A DNA stretch of 63,930 bases, filler included, from Octopus bimaculoides (Eukaryota): NCBI RefSeq assembly GCF_001194135.2. It is 5 parts of 5 records of this genome, joined end to end, with 100 filler letters (N's around TTAATTAATTAA, not from the genome) between each part and the next. Parts side by side here need not be neighbours in the genome. Positions count along the whole stretch, not along the records: positions 1 to 25,857 come from NC_068996.1; 4 more parts are not named here. One strand, written 5' to 3'. Shown here in pieces: positions 1 to 13,460 of this stretch. Within the stretch, counting starts at the first letter, position 1, and each line of letters opens with the position of its first letter. The notes below the pieces were generated by a model that searched no databases, was not told where the DNA came from, and saw only the letters and a list, made by a program, of their open reading frames with translations. A program made the translations under genes and the position numbers.

Positions 1-224
1 AAACAAATGACTAATGTGTGTATTTGTGTGTATGTGTGTGTGTGATGGGTGTATATATGTATATATATCTGTATGCATTTATATATGTGTACGTATGTGC
101 ACATATTACATGTACATCTCTACATATACATCTACACATATGTATACATATACATGTATGCATATAGATCTATATCTATATATATATCTATACATATACG
201 TGTACATATACATCTATATGTATA

Positions 225-232
225 CATATACA

Positions 233-295
<63 letters not shown>

Positions 296-509
296 TTTTC
301 TCTCTCTTTCTCTCTTTTTCTCTCTCTCTCTTTTCTCTCTCTCTCTTTTTTCTCTCTCTCTCTCTCTTTTTCTTTTTCTCTCTTTTTCTCTCTCTCTTTT
401 TTCTCTCTCTCTCTCTCTTTCTTTTTCTCTCTCTCTCTCTTTCTTTTTCTCTCTCTTTTTCTCTCTCTTTCTCTCTCTCTCTCTCTTTTCTTCTCTCTCT
501 CTGTCTGTC
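225..509. repeat. Imperfect (TC)n polypyrimidine microsatellite tract running into a gap
   Basis: Almost pure T/C dinucleotide sequence; source of the spurious SL- and ER-repeat ORFs. Confidence 0.95.
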
Positions 510-552
510 NNNNNNNNNNNNNNNNNNNNNNNNNNNNNNNNNNNNNNNNNNN

Positions 553-583
<31 letters not shown>

Positions 584-659
584 TTTGCACCATTAAAGTG
601 AAAGTATCTGTCATTGCAGTTAGTGGAATAGTTTCATTTTTAAAGTGAAAGTATTTGAC

Positions 660-1410
660 ATGAGTGTTTTTGTTTCACTTTTGACACGTAATACTTAAAT
701 AGTGGAGGAGATATTATGTTGCTGTGGGCTCGAACTCTGCAAGAAGTTAAAATTTTGTTTGACTAAAACACAACTGGAACCCTAAGTAAGGCATGTGTAA
801 ACACCTTGGTTCAATGCTGCTCAAAGTGATTCTCTGAGGTTGAGAACATAAGTCAGCGCTTGGGCAATAGAAGTTTGCGTTCAATGAGTCAAGCAATTTA
901 TAAATTCAGAGTTATGTTACGAGATGAGAAAGAGATAGAATAAAAATTAGCTAATATGAAGGATATGAACAATAAATTGGAGGTATTGTCGGCTAAAAAC
1001 GAGGTCCTTTTGACAGGCAACAAACATATCAAGAAAACATATGCAGAGATGTTTTAGACCAACAAAGTCGCAAATGTTCAAGTAGCTGAGGTAGTTGATG
1101 AACTAAAAGATAGAGAGCATCGGTAAAACAATATCCTAATCATAGGACAGAGAGAAAAAAAGTGACGAGGATTCAAAAGAACATCAAGCTGATGTAACGG
1201 CTGTGAAAAAACTGTTTGATATATTAAATGCAACTAAGGGCTATCTCAAAAGTAATACAACTTGGAAATAAAAGTGATACAAGCAAGGGAACATCTACAC
1301 AGATAGAAGCAAGTTTAGACGATATCATGATGAAAAATAAGGCTCTGATTATACCGAAACACTTCCAAATGGGGAAAATAAATACCACATTTGTCGGCAG
1401 ATTGGACACA
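660..1410 (+). mobile_element. Decayed CR1-type LINE ORF1 remnant
   Basis: Broken frames give Cys-rich pieces (VCCGLELCKK, KACVNTLVQCCSK), a coiled-coil-like stretch and ELKDREHR*NNILIIG, resembling the EREKRKNNLIIxG motif of CR1/L2 ORF1p. Many stops. Confidence 0.45.
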
Positions 1411-1419
1411 TTTTTCTTT

Positions 1420-3600
1420 CTTTTTTTAATGCATCAAAAAATTGTCCTGCGTCTAATGCGATCGTATAACGAATGGGTGTTCGAGCGCCGTAGGCCAGGG
1501 AACTCAACGTGTATACTGGGTAAGTTCCATAGGCACAAAAATTGTTGCTAATAATAAAATAATGAAAACAAGCCAAATTATTACACTAAATTGGCAACTG
1601 TTTGGAGCAGACAGTGGACAGGAGACAAGGGTGAACTTTACTGTCTGCCTCGATAGCCCGCCGCGGTTCTCGACTGGGGAAGCAGAGTCCTGCGAGATGT
1701 CAATAATGGCTGACAAAATATGGGATGCGATGACTGCTACACTATGGAGAAGATGTCAGAGTTGGATGGCCTGCTCTACAAGCTTTATCATCATATGTCA
1801 CACTTGTTCGAGGTTCTCTTGACACATGTCTACTTTTCGTTACGTTAACAGAATTTAAGTTGTCTAAATGGTTACGCGAACTAAAAACTTGTGGCTTGTA
1901 ATAGTCGAGGAGTGATGACGTCGTTGAGAAAGGACGTGAGTAAGGGGGACGTAATTGAATATTTTAGTCTCATAACTGCTCAAAAACAAAATTAAAGATA
2001 TTGGCAAAGGTGCTCGTCAAAAGGCTGGTGTTTGTTTTTTATAGTGTAGTGCGGGAGTGCAAACTAGTGCCTTTCTCTGCAGATAATTTCCATCTCATGC
2101 GATGCGACGTAGAGCGGGTCGGAAATAGATCTAGCTTTGTGGAGCACCAATTATTCTGGATCAGTTACTTGGTGATAGTTTTAAAGAGTAGTCAGTTTTG
2201 GTCCCGTCTTCAGAGGCTGCATGTACTGCGGCTTCTGTTCGGTTGTCAAAATAAACAGCCACATCTCGGCATGAAACGTTCGATCCTTGGGGTGCCTTCT
2301 CTCTTTCTCTCTCTCCCCCTCTCTTCCCTCTCTCCCTGTTCCCCTTCTCTTCCCTCTCTCGTGTATGTTTTTGCTTTACAACCATTGCTACAGTGGACGA
2401 AGAATTTGAAGGGCCTCTTGCTCAAATTGGATCACAGTTAAGTTGTATTTACATACGCGGACGACACCACTGTCAAGATTCGAACACTTTGGTAGAAGAA
2501 ATGGTCGACACCAAACCAAAGGAATACCAGGCCGCACACATCAACCAGGATAAGACAGTAGAACAACTGGTTAAAATGTTCGGGGTCTGGTTCTTGGGAT
2601 CGAATCTTTAGATGGATATGAATTGAAAAGAGACGGCATGTAAAGTAGCTACTCTTTGCAAATGTCTGTACTGTTTCGGTGGTGTATTGCTGCCTGACCA
2701 TCGTGCTCGACCCAAGCAACATGTGATCAGACTAGAAAACATGCTTTTTCGTTTCCACTGATCAGGAAATCCATCTGCTATCAACACCCGCTCTACTGGG
2801 TCTCGGGATGCTGTCTTTAATAGTGTACAGATATGTATTGAGGCTGACACGCCTACAGAAATGTCTAGACCACTGTGATGGCGATGGCGAAGATTAGGAA
2901 AACGAAGGGGAATTAATTTGAATCCCTTTCTGCAGTACGTCTTTCCGTAGTCTGGGTAAGTCATGTCGTGCGTCTTAGAACGGCTCTGGACGTCGATGAG
3001 AGGAGCCTGAGCAGTCAAGAATATAGACAACTTCCAAAGTTCCTTGGCAGTACCTATTCGAGTCAAGGGCTATAGGTACGGAAGCGCCAACAGACGAAAC
3101 TGTCCTGCATGCTGTCGTTCAATGTCCGTGCAGTAGCGACTTGTGGGCTTGTGTCCATTTGCTGCTTAAGGATGTGGAACGAATCCAACTGTCCGCCAAA
3201 TCTATAATGGACGTTGACGTACTACCTTCTTTTGATAGGAATGGAAGATTTAACTTCTGCTAAGTGACAGTGGAAGAAGAGATTATGTGGTGGACTCGTC
3301 TGAGAAGCTTAAAGACAGGTATTTTCCTACCTGGCCAACCTCTCATTAATTTCTTCAAGTACCATTTGAAGAGGAAGGTAAAAGAGGAGAGGTTGCCTTC
3401 TGATGTTTTTATCGCAAAATAAATGAGAGTAGAAAAATTGATTAGTCCGAATAGATCTACCTGAGATATTCTTTTCTTAGTAGGAGGAATGAAACAGGAA
3501 GGGGGCAAGTTTAGTGCCTTAGAGATGGCAGAATAATCTGGTTCCTTTTTGTGTCTGTATTGTCTCCACTCATGTTTTTGTATTGCCACCCTCATCCGAC
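1420..3600 (+). mobile_element. L1/Tx1-clade LINE ORF2 remnant (RT plus C-terminal Zn knuckle), frameshifted
   Basis: Motifs in the expected order across frames: PPRFSTGEAESCE; ELDGLLYKLY (PGxDGLPYE-like); KILAKVLVKRL; YVFALQPLL; YADDTTV at 2454-2474; KMFGVWF; ETVLHAVVQCP..LW; WWTRL..INFFKYHLKRKV. Confidence 0.85.
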
Positions 3601-3699
3601 GCATAATGATAAATGAAATAGATAATTATATTATCATTATTTGATGATAACTCGCAACTTATTTTGCTTGGTAAAATGGAAAGTGTCAGCTGTCCACAG

Positions 3700-4245
3700 C
3701 CAGCAGACTAAGGTGACACTTGTTTACTGGTCATGCCTCAAGAACCCTGCGAAGAATTCTTGCAGGTGTTCTACCTTCACACTTGCACCAATCTTTTTCA
3801 GCCATGTTGGTAGTTGAGTGCTGATACTTTCAAGTGCATCAATTACTATTGATGTCACGTCTACCCTCCTCACTGACCACAACCTTCGTATTTCCCACTT
3901 TAAGTCGTTGTAGTTGTGCAGTTTTTCTTCTTTCTCTTTGATCCTGTTGTCACTGGGACATGCTATGTCGATTATCATGTAAGTTCTTCCTTTCTTTCAC
4001 CACAACAATGTCCGGTTTCCGTTGCCTTGTCAGGTGATCGCACTGAATCATTGCATCCCACAGGATTTTGCAATCTTCATTCTCGGTGACTCCTTCTGGA
4101 GTTTGCTCATATCACATCTTTGCTCTATGTAGGCCGTGATTTCCACAGAGCTCCCAGTGGATCATTCTTACCACATTGTCATGTCGCCTTTTGTATTCGT
4201 GTTGTGCTAATTTCGGACATTTGCTAACGATATGTCATACCATTT
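3700..4245 (-). mobile_element. R4/Dong-type LINE 3' fragment with restriction-like endonuclease (RLE)
   Basis: Minus strand reads EYKRRHDNVVRMIHWELCG, KILWDAMIQCDH..RKPDIVV and IIDIACPSDNRIKEKEEKL..Y.DLKWEIRRLW, the CCHC/PD-D RLE signature. Confidence 0.85.
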
Positions 4246-5281
4246 CACCCCTTGCCCCACACATTCTGCATCTGTTCATCGTTACTACTACTACTACTAC
4301 TACTACATACACACACATTCACATATATATGTGCGGGTGAATGTGTGTATACATACTCGCACACCCATTGTCATGTAGTTTGTATCTCACATATTTTTGA
4401 AAAAGCGGTCACATTATCAACCAATATCTTTTTTGTTCAATTTTATTCCATCGTAGCGGTATTTAATTATTGCCATTGTATGTTTTTTCAAATAACATTT
4501 TTGTTCCACTTTACAAAATCGTCCACAGACCGGAAACGAGAAATTAGAGTAATGATTTGAGAAGTTCTGACGTTGAACAATGCGCGCGTGCGTGAGTGTG
4601 TTGCGTGCTTATCGATGTGAATTCATAACTCACTAAAAGCACCAAAGTCAATATTATGGACTAAGCAATTCAGCATGGGCCGATAGTGAATACCAGACAA
4701 AGTACAGGGATTGATATAACTTACTAAAACTCCTTAAAAAAAAAAGGCTATACACAAGCTATGCAAACTAACGATGGAACCACTGCATGATAGCAGCTGA
4801 AGCTCCCTAAATCATTCGCTTCAATCATTGTAAACGAGGACATTTCTACACAGTTCTAAAAAAATTGTCCAAAATAGACAAGGAGTGGTGTTTTGTAAGC
4901 AGAGCACTTTAAGTCAAACGTCTCTAGTTGGCATTTTTTCCCCCACAATGTTTCAACTTAAAACTCGGTCCTCACGCTACACAGCTGTGACACAATCAGA
5001 AAAGAAAACTACATTCAACAAGATTCTGCCACGGCTGCTGCTGCCACTGCTATAAGACACGTCAATATCACTCCCACTACTCCTCAATTCTCTGCTTACT
5101 CTGCACTGACAGCGTGTTGTACCGTTCTCTAGGACTAGAACACCAGGTTTAGTCCTGTTGTCACTCGATAACGTCTCCTCTTACTTCCACCTCAGCCGGC
5201 TACCACCTTTATTTCACACCGGATGAATAAAATTTTTACGTGTTTGCCCCGAAACACGAACTTGTATATATTTATTTGTGC

Positions 5282-5323
<42 letters not shown>

Positions 5324-5395
5324 CACACGCATACACATATGTGAATATATATAAATATATATCCGTTCAAACAAAGACTACATTTACATTCATAC

Positions 5396-5429
<34 letters not shown>

Positions 5430-5665
5430 TGTTATAGACACATACACAAACTTTTATATAAATACATCGCTATATACAGAGTAATACGCACATATTTACG
5501 GACCTATATACAGTACGCACGCGCGCGCGTACACATACACACACACACATAGAGAGAGAGAGAGATAGAGCGCGAGGAAGAAAGATTGATATATATATAG
5601 AGAGAGAGAGAAAGAGAGAGATGTGTGAGAGTGTATGTATATAATTTCAACACCTGACATACGCC

Positions 5666-6035
5666 ATGTCACTTGCTGACGACGCTTGCCATACGGTTTC
5701 AAATTCAGTCGCGTGCAGGAATACTACAACTACAAGGAGTAGAATAACACCCACTACAGCACCAACACCGTTACTATTTCTACTACCAGAACCAGAACAG
5801 ATGCTCACGGCAACGGTCCGCCCCATGTGGAACATACACAAAACTGACAATTCACATAGAAACACTGCCAGCGGACAGTTTACGCGGGACCATCGAAAGA
5901 TTTCGCCTTCGCCGGTTTTCTTAAATTTTCCACTATTATTGTTCTTACTCCTGTTGACGATCTCTCCTATCTGCCACGTTGCTGCTTCGAGCAAGGTTTC
6001 AAATTTGCGTCTTTGTGCCGATGCAGAGTGCAAAG
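5666..6035 (+). CDS. Tango1: First coding exon of a MIA-family SH3 gene (TANGO1/MIA3-like): signal peptide plus start of SH3 domain; start codon uncertain (5666, 5801 or 5825)
   Basis: Hydrophobic signal VFLNFPLLLFLLLLTISPICHVAA followed by SSKVSNLRLCADAECK, matching the family motif (L/F)SDxxLCADxxC. The exon ends at a consensus donor AAG/gtgagt (GT at 6036-6037) in phase 1, the intron position I recall for MIA-family genes. TANGO1 versus a stand-alone MIA-like gene cannot be separated from this exon alone. Confidence 0.8.
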
Positions 6036-6090
6036 GTGAGTGTTTCGACTGATATTTAATTTCTATATGTCTATGTTGTGTTATCTAATA

Positions 6091-6164
<74 letters not shown>

Positions 6165-6169
6165 ATATG

Positions 6170-6500
6170 ATGGCATGTCAGTGGTTAAGAAGTTTATTTT
6201 GCATTCATGAGATCCTAGTTCCGTTCCCGTAGCGTAGCATCTTGCGTAAATGTCTTTTATTTCTGTAGTCTTGATCCAACATTGTGCGAGAAATTGGATT
6301 GCTGTTCTTCAGCTCTAGGCTACTCCGGACCGGCTCAGATCTAAGATCAAGGATATTCTAGTCATGACAATCTGCTTTTTTTTTTCGTTTTTTAGATGGA
6401 ACATTCTTTTTTAAGGTATGATTTGAGGGAGGATTTGTTATTTCTTTCAGCGTGTCTGTCGATCACATTGAGGTCTTCATCATTGGTTCGAGTGAAAGTG
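6170..6500 (+). mobile_element. Degenerate tRNA-headed SINE (head like family A, plus body sequence)
   Basis: atggcatgtcagtggttaagaagttt...gatcctagttccgttcccgtagcg resembles the head of the copies at 13461 and 26275; boundaries approximate. Confidence 0.5.
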
Positions 6501-6716
6501 GACAAACGGAGCCTGTGGAAACCTGTCAGATGGATTATACCTGTAATTCAAGGAACCTCTGTACTAAAGAGTGTTCCGTTGACTCTGCTCGATGATTACG
6601 TTAGGTTACCGGTGCCTGTAGAAGACACAACCACTTATCAGTGGTAGGTCAGTTCATTGAACAATGTGAACTTGAATACTCATCGTTGAAACCGATGGAG
6701 ATCCATTTTACTTTTA

Positions 6717-6761
<45 letters not shown>

Positions 6762-6989
6762 GTGTGTGTGTGTGTGTGTTCGTTAGAACTGAAAAATAAG
6801 ACGAACTCAGATCAATTCAAAATTAGCTTAAAATGTAAAAAATTTATTTAAGCTAGAAGTGGTGACAAGAGTGCAATAGTTTCTCTCTTGTTAAGTTCTG
6901 CATCTGTACTTTGAATAACTTCGACGAGGGAAACGAAGACAACCTTGTCAGCACTTCCAACTTCGTGCAAGATACTTCTGGATATGCTG

Positions 6990-9130
6990 GGACACACCAA
7001 CAGTAGTGTAATCAAGTATCATCAGGTGTTTCTGGTCTCAGCATAGAGACACCCCAGCCATGTGACCCAGCTAGGATTGTTTAGAAACAGATTTGCATCC
7101 AAACATTAGCAGTCTATGGTCCAGCCTTCTTAATCCATATTCATCTGGTGCTTTTTCTGTTTCTTCACTTGCAAACTGAATGACCCATTTGCACCCCTGT
7201 AAAACCCAATTGGTAGAGGGCTTTATAGAGTGAGCATCCTGTTAAACCTCTACAGCCCACTTATGTGCTCAGTGTTTTTTAGCCTCTATTCTGGCACTTC
7301 TCCAGCATTTCCTAATACTTCACAATGTTTCTTCACATAGGCTTCATCAATGCATTCTTCCTAGGACACTGTAAGTTCCAGCATGTTCACTTGTTTTGGT
7401 GTGTCAGAGGTGATGATCATGCCAGAATTATCTTCTTTGGAAATTTCAACATTTCAAACTGTCTACCCAAATCGACACACCTGTCAAAGACTGTGCAAAG
7501 GAGGCATACCCTTGTTTTTAGTTGTAGATTCAGTTTCTCTACAGCTTAAACAAATTAAATTGCATAGTGGATATTTACATTCACTAATGACTAAGTAGCT
7601 AAGCTCTCAGCAGCCACCTTGAGCATCTGGTCATGGTGTCCACAGTAGCACCCCAAAAGGCAGAACAGACAAGATGCTGTCTCATTCTTAACCTAAATGT
7701 GAAGATTAGTTGGGTTTAGCAAGGCATTTGGACAGCTTGGACAAGAAACTGGACACAACAGAAGTCTGCCTGCATGATATTTGTCTAAGTATATCTTGTG
7801 CTGCTGCACATTCTCCCACATGTCCATGGTGCCTGAGCCCTACATTACTGTCTCACTTTTCCTCTACACTTGCTTGGACTTCCTCATAAAGGAGATGATG
7901 CCTCCTTGTCCTGTGTCTCTGGGAAGTATCACAAGCCTGCTCTGCTTGTTGCCAACACACATCTTCTTTTGTTTTAGGCATGACTCCTGTCACTTGCACT
8001 GCTTTCTAGTCTTAGGAGTCGTTGTACTTTCAGATTTCTCTTGCTCATGTTATCTTAAAATCTTCGTGATACCACCGATAAGGAACTGCAAGAGATCTAA
8101 CTGCTCCCATACAATGCTTCATTGTTGAGGCTGCAGGGGAACTCCAACCATTTGTAGAGAATGCCATCTTTCAAAGAATTCTACTATTAATGAAACCATA
8201 TAAACTAGCAGATTCACTTAGGGTAGGGTAGAAGGTTGGTAAATACAGGTGAGCCTGACTTACTGACCTTGGTGAAGCATGTTTTCAAAGTCTTTCTTGA
8301 ATATTTGAATAGCAGCAGAGTCTTTTAGAGTCAAGTCAAAGAATTTCCCTAGGTTCTTGATTGGTTGCACTGTGATGAAGGAGATGACAGTTCTGAATAT
8401 TGAGAAATGGAATCTGTCAACTACTTTCAACACCATGAATCTTGATTAGCAGGCTCAAAACTCATCCTTGCTCAAATGATAAATTTCTTCATTCATTGTA
8501 GAATCTGTTTATTCCTTGGAACCAATATTGTTGTGACCGTATGATTGGCAACAGATGATTTTATTGTAGACTTAGTTAGAAGGCCTCTACATCCCTTCTT
8601 GGCTGACTTGGCCACCCTGTTCAAGCAAGGGCAAAAAGAATAACTGAGACTAGCAGTACCTGTGGAATTTGATATAAGTTTTTGACCTAGAAATTATTGT
8701 AGTAACCCAGGAACAAGGTCATTGAGTTTCCTAGGAACATGGTGATGCAGTGCAAATTCACCTTGTCAATGTGGTATGGACTCATAGGCATTTGTCTGAT
8801 ACAACTAGATTACTTCTGCTCTCATGGGTTTTTCCAATGTGCTTTGTAACTACACCATTGTCTTCCAAGTGACCAGGACCACCAAGAATCCTACCCTTCT
8901 GCTTGAGAAGAAACTCAGTTGGTCATTGAGAAATAACATTGAAAACACCTCTTCAACTCTTAACAATGAAATTGATGATATGAATCCAAATTCCTTTCCT
9001 CTCCACTGATCAGCAACTCTCCTTTCTTATATCATCATCAAGGCCTTCCATATGTATCAGAGGAGCAACTCTACATTTCCGCTTCACATATTTTTGTCTC
9101 AATACCAGACATGCGAAGATTGATTTTAAC
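6990..9130 (-). mobile_element. HERO-type (R2 superfamily) LINE, RT C-terminus plus RLE, decayed
   Basis: Minus frames give ARMSFEPA..KVVDRFHFSI..QPIKNLGKFFD.TLKDSAAIQ, KWLGVP.SLN.EALYGS, HDQMLKVAAESL, DMIITSDTPKQVNMLELTVS*EE and EVGCRGF-like pieces, all recalled HERO motifs. Confidence 0.75.
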
Positions 9131-9171
9131 TGGATTTTGAAATGGCAAAAAGGACCTCCTTGTTGTCTTTA

Positions 9172-12100
9172 CATCATCATCATCATTATCACCATCATTC
9201 AATGTCCTTGTCCATGCTGGCATGGGTTGGATGGTTTGACTGGGCTAGCCCGCTAGAAGGCTGTACCCGATTCCAGTCTGATTTGGTATGGTTTTCTATG
9301 GCTGGATACCCTTCCTAACATCAACCACTCTGAGAGTGTAATGGGTGCTTTTACGTGTCGCCGGCATGGATGCCAATTTGTGTGACACCAGTATCTGCCA
9401 CAGCTGCAATTTTGCTCAGCTTGATGGGTCTCCTCAAGCATGACATAATGCGAAAGGTCTTGGTCATTGTCTCCATTAAGCCTAGTGCTCGAAAGGAACT
9501 CAGCCACTTGGCTTCCGTGAGGTCCAGTGCTCAAAAGGAACTCAGCCGGTTTGCCTCCGTGAGGCCCAATGTTCAAAAGATGTTCTCTATATGTCACCAG
9601 CATGTGTGCACTTGGCTTGATGGATCCTCTCAAACACAGCACATCGCCAAAGGTCTTGGTCACCAGTCATTGGCTCTGTAAGTCTCAAAGTTCGAAGATC
9701 ATGCTTCACCACCTAATCCCATGTCTTCCTGGGTCTACCTCTACCACAGGTTCCCTCCACAGTTAGAGATTGGCACTTCTTTACACAACTGTCTTCGCCC
9801 ATATGCATCACATACCAGTGCAGTTGTCTCTCTTGCACATCATATCTGATTCCTCTTATACCTAACTTTTCTATCAAGATGCTTTCACTCTGTCAAACAT
9901 GCACACTGGCATTACACATCCAGCGAAGCATACTGGCTTAATTTCTTCCAAGCCTATGCATGTCCTCAGCTGTCATAGCCCATATTTCACTGCCATGCAG
10001 CATAGCTGTTTGCGCACAGGAATCGAACAATCTACCTTTCACTCTGAGAGAGAAGCCCTTTGTTGCCAGCAGGGGCTGGAGCTCTTTGAATTTTGCCCAG
10101 CCTAATCTTATTCTGACAGCTATGCTCTTGGAGCATCCACCTTCACTACTAACGTGGTCATCTAGATAATGAAAGCTATCTACTACCTTAGCTTGTTCCC
10201 CTGGTAGTTGATGGAGTCTATTTTCTGCACATTTTTAGCGTTTCTTGTACCTGTGCACTTTCCATATACAAAAGTTAGTTTCCCTGTTAACCTTCCTCTA
10301 ATGTTGCTGCACCTTTTATGTGTCCAAAGCTTACACTGGGGCACTTTATGGAGTTTCTACCTACACCTTTTCTACAGATTGAGCAGGGCCGTCTACCTGA
10401 AGAAATTTGTGATTTGCCTGCTTTCTATTTACTAAGACTTTGGTTTTTGCTTGGTTAACTCTAAGGCCCTTTGATCCTAAACCTTGCTTCCATACCTGGA
10501 ACTTCTTCTTTAGTTCAGGTAGTAATTCAGCATTAAGAGCAAGGTCATCAGCTCAGAATAGCTCCTAGGGGCAGCCTGTCTTGAATTTCTCTGTTTTTGC
10601 CTGGAGGACTATGATGAACAAGAGGGGGCTGAGCATCGATACTTGGTGAACCCTTACTTGTGCCCTGAATTCTTTGCTGTACTCGTTGCCCACCCTCACC
10701 TTACTGACACCATCCCTGTGCATGACTTGTACAGCTCTCACCAACCAATCGTCTATCCCTAGTTTCCGCATTGACCACCAGATAAGGGATCGGGGGACCC
10801 TGTCAAAGGCTTTCTCCAAATCAACAAAAGCCAAGTCTAGAGGTTTATCTTTGGCTAGGTATTTCTCCTGCAGTTGCCTTAGCAGAAATATAGCATCAGT
10901 GATGCTTCTCCCTGGCACAAAACCAAACTGCATCTCAACTAGATTAACTCTCTCCCTAATTAGTTGGGCTATGACTCCCTCTGTAACTTTAATCACCTGA
11001 TCCAACAATTTGATACCTCTGTAATTATTTTTATCTAAAGCATCACCTTTACCTTTGTAGCAGTTGACTATGGTACTGCTACACCAGTCATTGGGTATGA
11101 CTCCTTCATGAACCACCTGATTTACAGTATTGGTGACTAGACCATAACCCACACTGCCAGATATTTTAAGCATTTCAGCGGAGATTCCTGATATGCTGGG
11201 GGTCTTAATCTGTCTTCATATCCTTAATTGCTTTATCTATTGTCAATTTGGGTAGCTGGTCCCTCACGATGCTCAACATAGGCAGACATCTTCTTTTCTG
11301 TTTCTCCCTTGGCTAGATATATCTGTCTCCTAGCTTCCCTTCTGGCAATCTGACACAGTTCCCTGCTGCCCCCACTCTTCCAGGCCTCCTAGGCTTGTTT
11401 CTTTGCTCTAATGGCCCTTTCTGCAGTATGGTTCCACCACCACGTTACCCTAGGTCTGGAAGGGACTTTGCACCAACCTCAGATTTGGTCTGTGGCACTC
11501 AGCAAGCTGTCTCACAGGAATTCCCAGTTACCCTCTATGTCACAAGTTTGTAGCTGCTCCTCTATTTCATCAAATTTCTCAATTAAGATGTCCCTAAATC
11601 TCTGACCATATGAAGATCCTTAAGCTTCCAGATCCTTTTCTAGATTGGTCTGCCTCTTGGCATCCTTCTGGCATCTAAAGTCACTAGTGACTAGTCTATG
11701 CTGTGGGGGTACATTCTTCACCAAAGAGGGTCTTTGTATTTAAGAGCAACTGTGCATCTTGCTGTCTGGTGAGAATGAAATCGATCTGGCTGGCAGAGTT
11801 ACCTGATTGATAGGTTATGAGGTGATTGGTTGGGTTCCTGAAGTTGGTGTTGCAGATCAATAGGTTATTGGCATCCCAGAAGCCCAGTAGCTTTGTTCCC
11901 TCTTCATTTTGGGAACCAATTCCATGGCTCCCATGTACACCACGGAGGGTACCAGGTTGCTCATTGAAATCCCCAGCCACGAAGATGAGATCATTGTCAC
12001 TCATCTTTGAGGTAGCCTGCAGATGAATATCATAAAAGTGGTCCTTCTGTTCATTTGGTAAGCCCGCTTGTGGGGCGTAGGCAGATATAATTGTTGCTAT

Positions 12101-12290
12101 ACTATTCTGCAAAACTAGACTGAGCTTAAGTGCTCTATCACACACACTCTGACTACCTCTATAACCTTATCCACCCATTTCTCTGAAAGAAGTATGCCCA
12201 CACCACCTACTCCATTACTGTTACCTTCCCAGAAGATTTCGACAGTTAATTCACTGATGAGTATTTGATGAGGAAAACTCTCTCTTCTTG
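9172..12290 (-). mobile_element. RTE-clade LINE copy 1 (APE + RT, 5'-truncated, decayed) with (ATG)n 3' tail
   Basis: RT ORF 10565-11173 (YKGKGDAL..NYRGIKLL, QFGFVPGRS, AFVDLEKAFDRVP); APE pieces 11696-12290 (ISAYAPQ, VAGDFN, SQIDFIL); 3' UTR ending in catcatcat at 9172. Confidence 0.95.
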
Positions 12291-13340
12291 CTGACCACAT
12301 TTTCTAACCATTGTAGCTAGTGCTTCCTCATGGCTGATTCTATGATTCAGCTGTTGGCTTTTTCCAAGATTCCATTGTTGTTGATGTAGCCCTCCCAATT
12401 GATATTTAAGAAGTGAAGAGTTTTTTGTTGATGGGCATACTCCACATTTTTGATGCTGCAATAATAAAGTGTCCATGTTTCACAACTGTAATAATGTTGA
12501 GATGTATATACTTACAAGTGGGTGTTGAAAAGTCCTTGCCTTTAAGGGTATCGTGAAAGGCCTGGTTGGAGGTCCAATTTTGGAGTTCTTTTATAGGGCT
12601 TAGAAAAACTGAAGGACCACTGTAATAAGTATGTGAATCTGAGAGGGGAATATGTTGCATAAAACCATAATTAACTGATCCTCTTGTATTTTCTTTTACC
12701 CAAAGCCAAGAACTTTTCAGCACCTCCTTGTATTTGTTGGAAAGAATACTTCCAAGATAGGGAAAGTGGTCAACTTATTTGAGAGACGTATCAGGTATGA
12801 GACCAGAGAGGCTGATTTCAGAGCAGGTTGGGTGAGGTTTTAAGACTTCTTGACGTTTTCTGTGTGGCAAACACCATGCATTGGTGAAGTTGTTGACTGA
12901 TTTCTGGGATTCTCAATATATGTTTCAGAGAGTTTCATTGATATCCATGTGTTGAATCTTTGAGATGCTCTGGACGTTGGTAAGTCAATGAGATTGAAAT
13001 TTTGCTATGTTAAATAGTCCACCCTTAATACATCCATCTGATGTCAATACTTGGATTGTCTGGAAAAAGTTCAAAAAGCATCACAGACAAATATAAGAAG
13101 AGTGTAGGTGCAAGAATACAACCCTGTTTCAATTTGCATGTATTCAGGCATGTTATACCTGAACCAAAATATTGAAGAACCATCCATGTGGTTTCTCTGT
13201 CAAAAGCCTTTTCCTGTTTATAGAAGACAAAGAAGAGTAGTTTCTGTAGTTATCTGTTTTTTCCTCTTGTTGACAACTATGTCAGTTGTGCCACAAGAGG
13301 TACAAAAACTGTAAGGAAAAATCTCCACAATGGTCTGCAG
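12290..13340 (-). mobile_element. RTE-BovB-like LINE RT fragment, interrupted by a mariner MITE
   Basis: Minus frames give KQGCILAPTLF, LFPDNPSIDIR, VDHFPYLGSILSN and LLQLxETWTL/NINWEGYINNNGILEKA-like pieces; distinct from the other RTE copies. Confidence 0.65.
12515..12730 (+). mobile_element. Mariner-derived MITE with TA target duplication
   Basis: TIRs caagtgggtgttgaaaagtccttgccttt / caaggaggtgctgaaaagttcttggcttt; TA at 12513-14 and 12731-32; internal GLEKLKDHCNKYVNLRGEYVA* is a mariner transposase C-terminus. Confidence 0.8.
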
Positions 13341-13460
13341 ATGGCTTACGATTCTTGCAAATATTTTCCCTACAACCAACAGCAAGGATATTCTATGATA
13401 ATTCCCACAAGATTTTTAATCTCCTTTCTTGAAGATAGTAATAATAAAATAAACTTGATA

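Noticed and set aside
14-648. Long ORFs rich in SL, ER, YI, VC or HT repeats, here and throughout, plus ORFs made mostly of X
   Set aside because: Translations of microsatellites and N gaps; no protein evidence.
6451-6647. In-frame phase 1 acceptor (tttctttcag) 415 bp after exon 1, giving ACLSITLRSS..YQW*
   Set aside because: No SH3 similarity, overlaps an interspersed repeat and ends in a stop; at most a cryptic exon.
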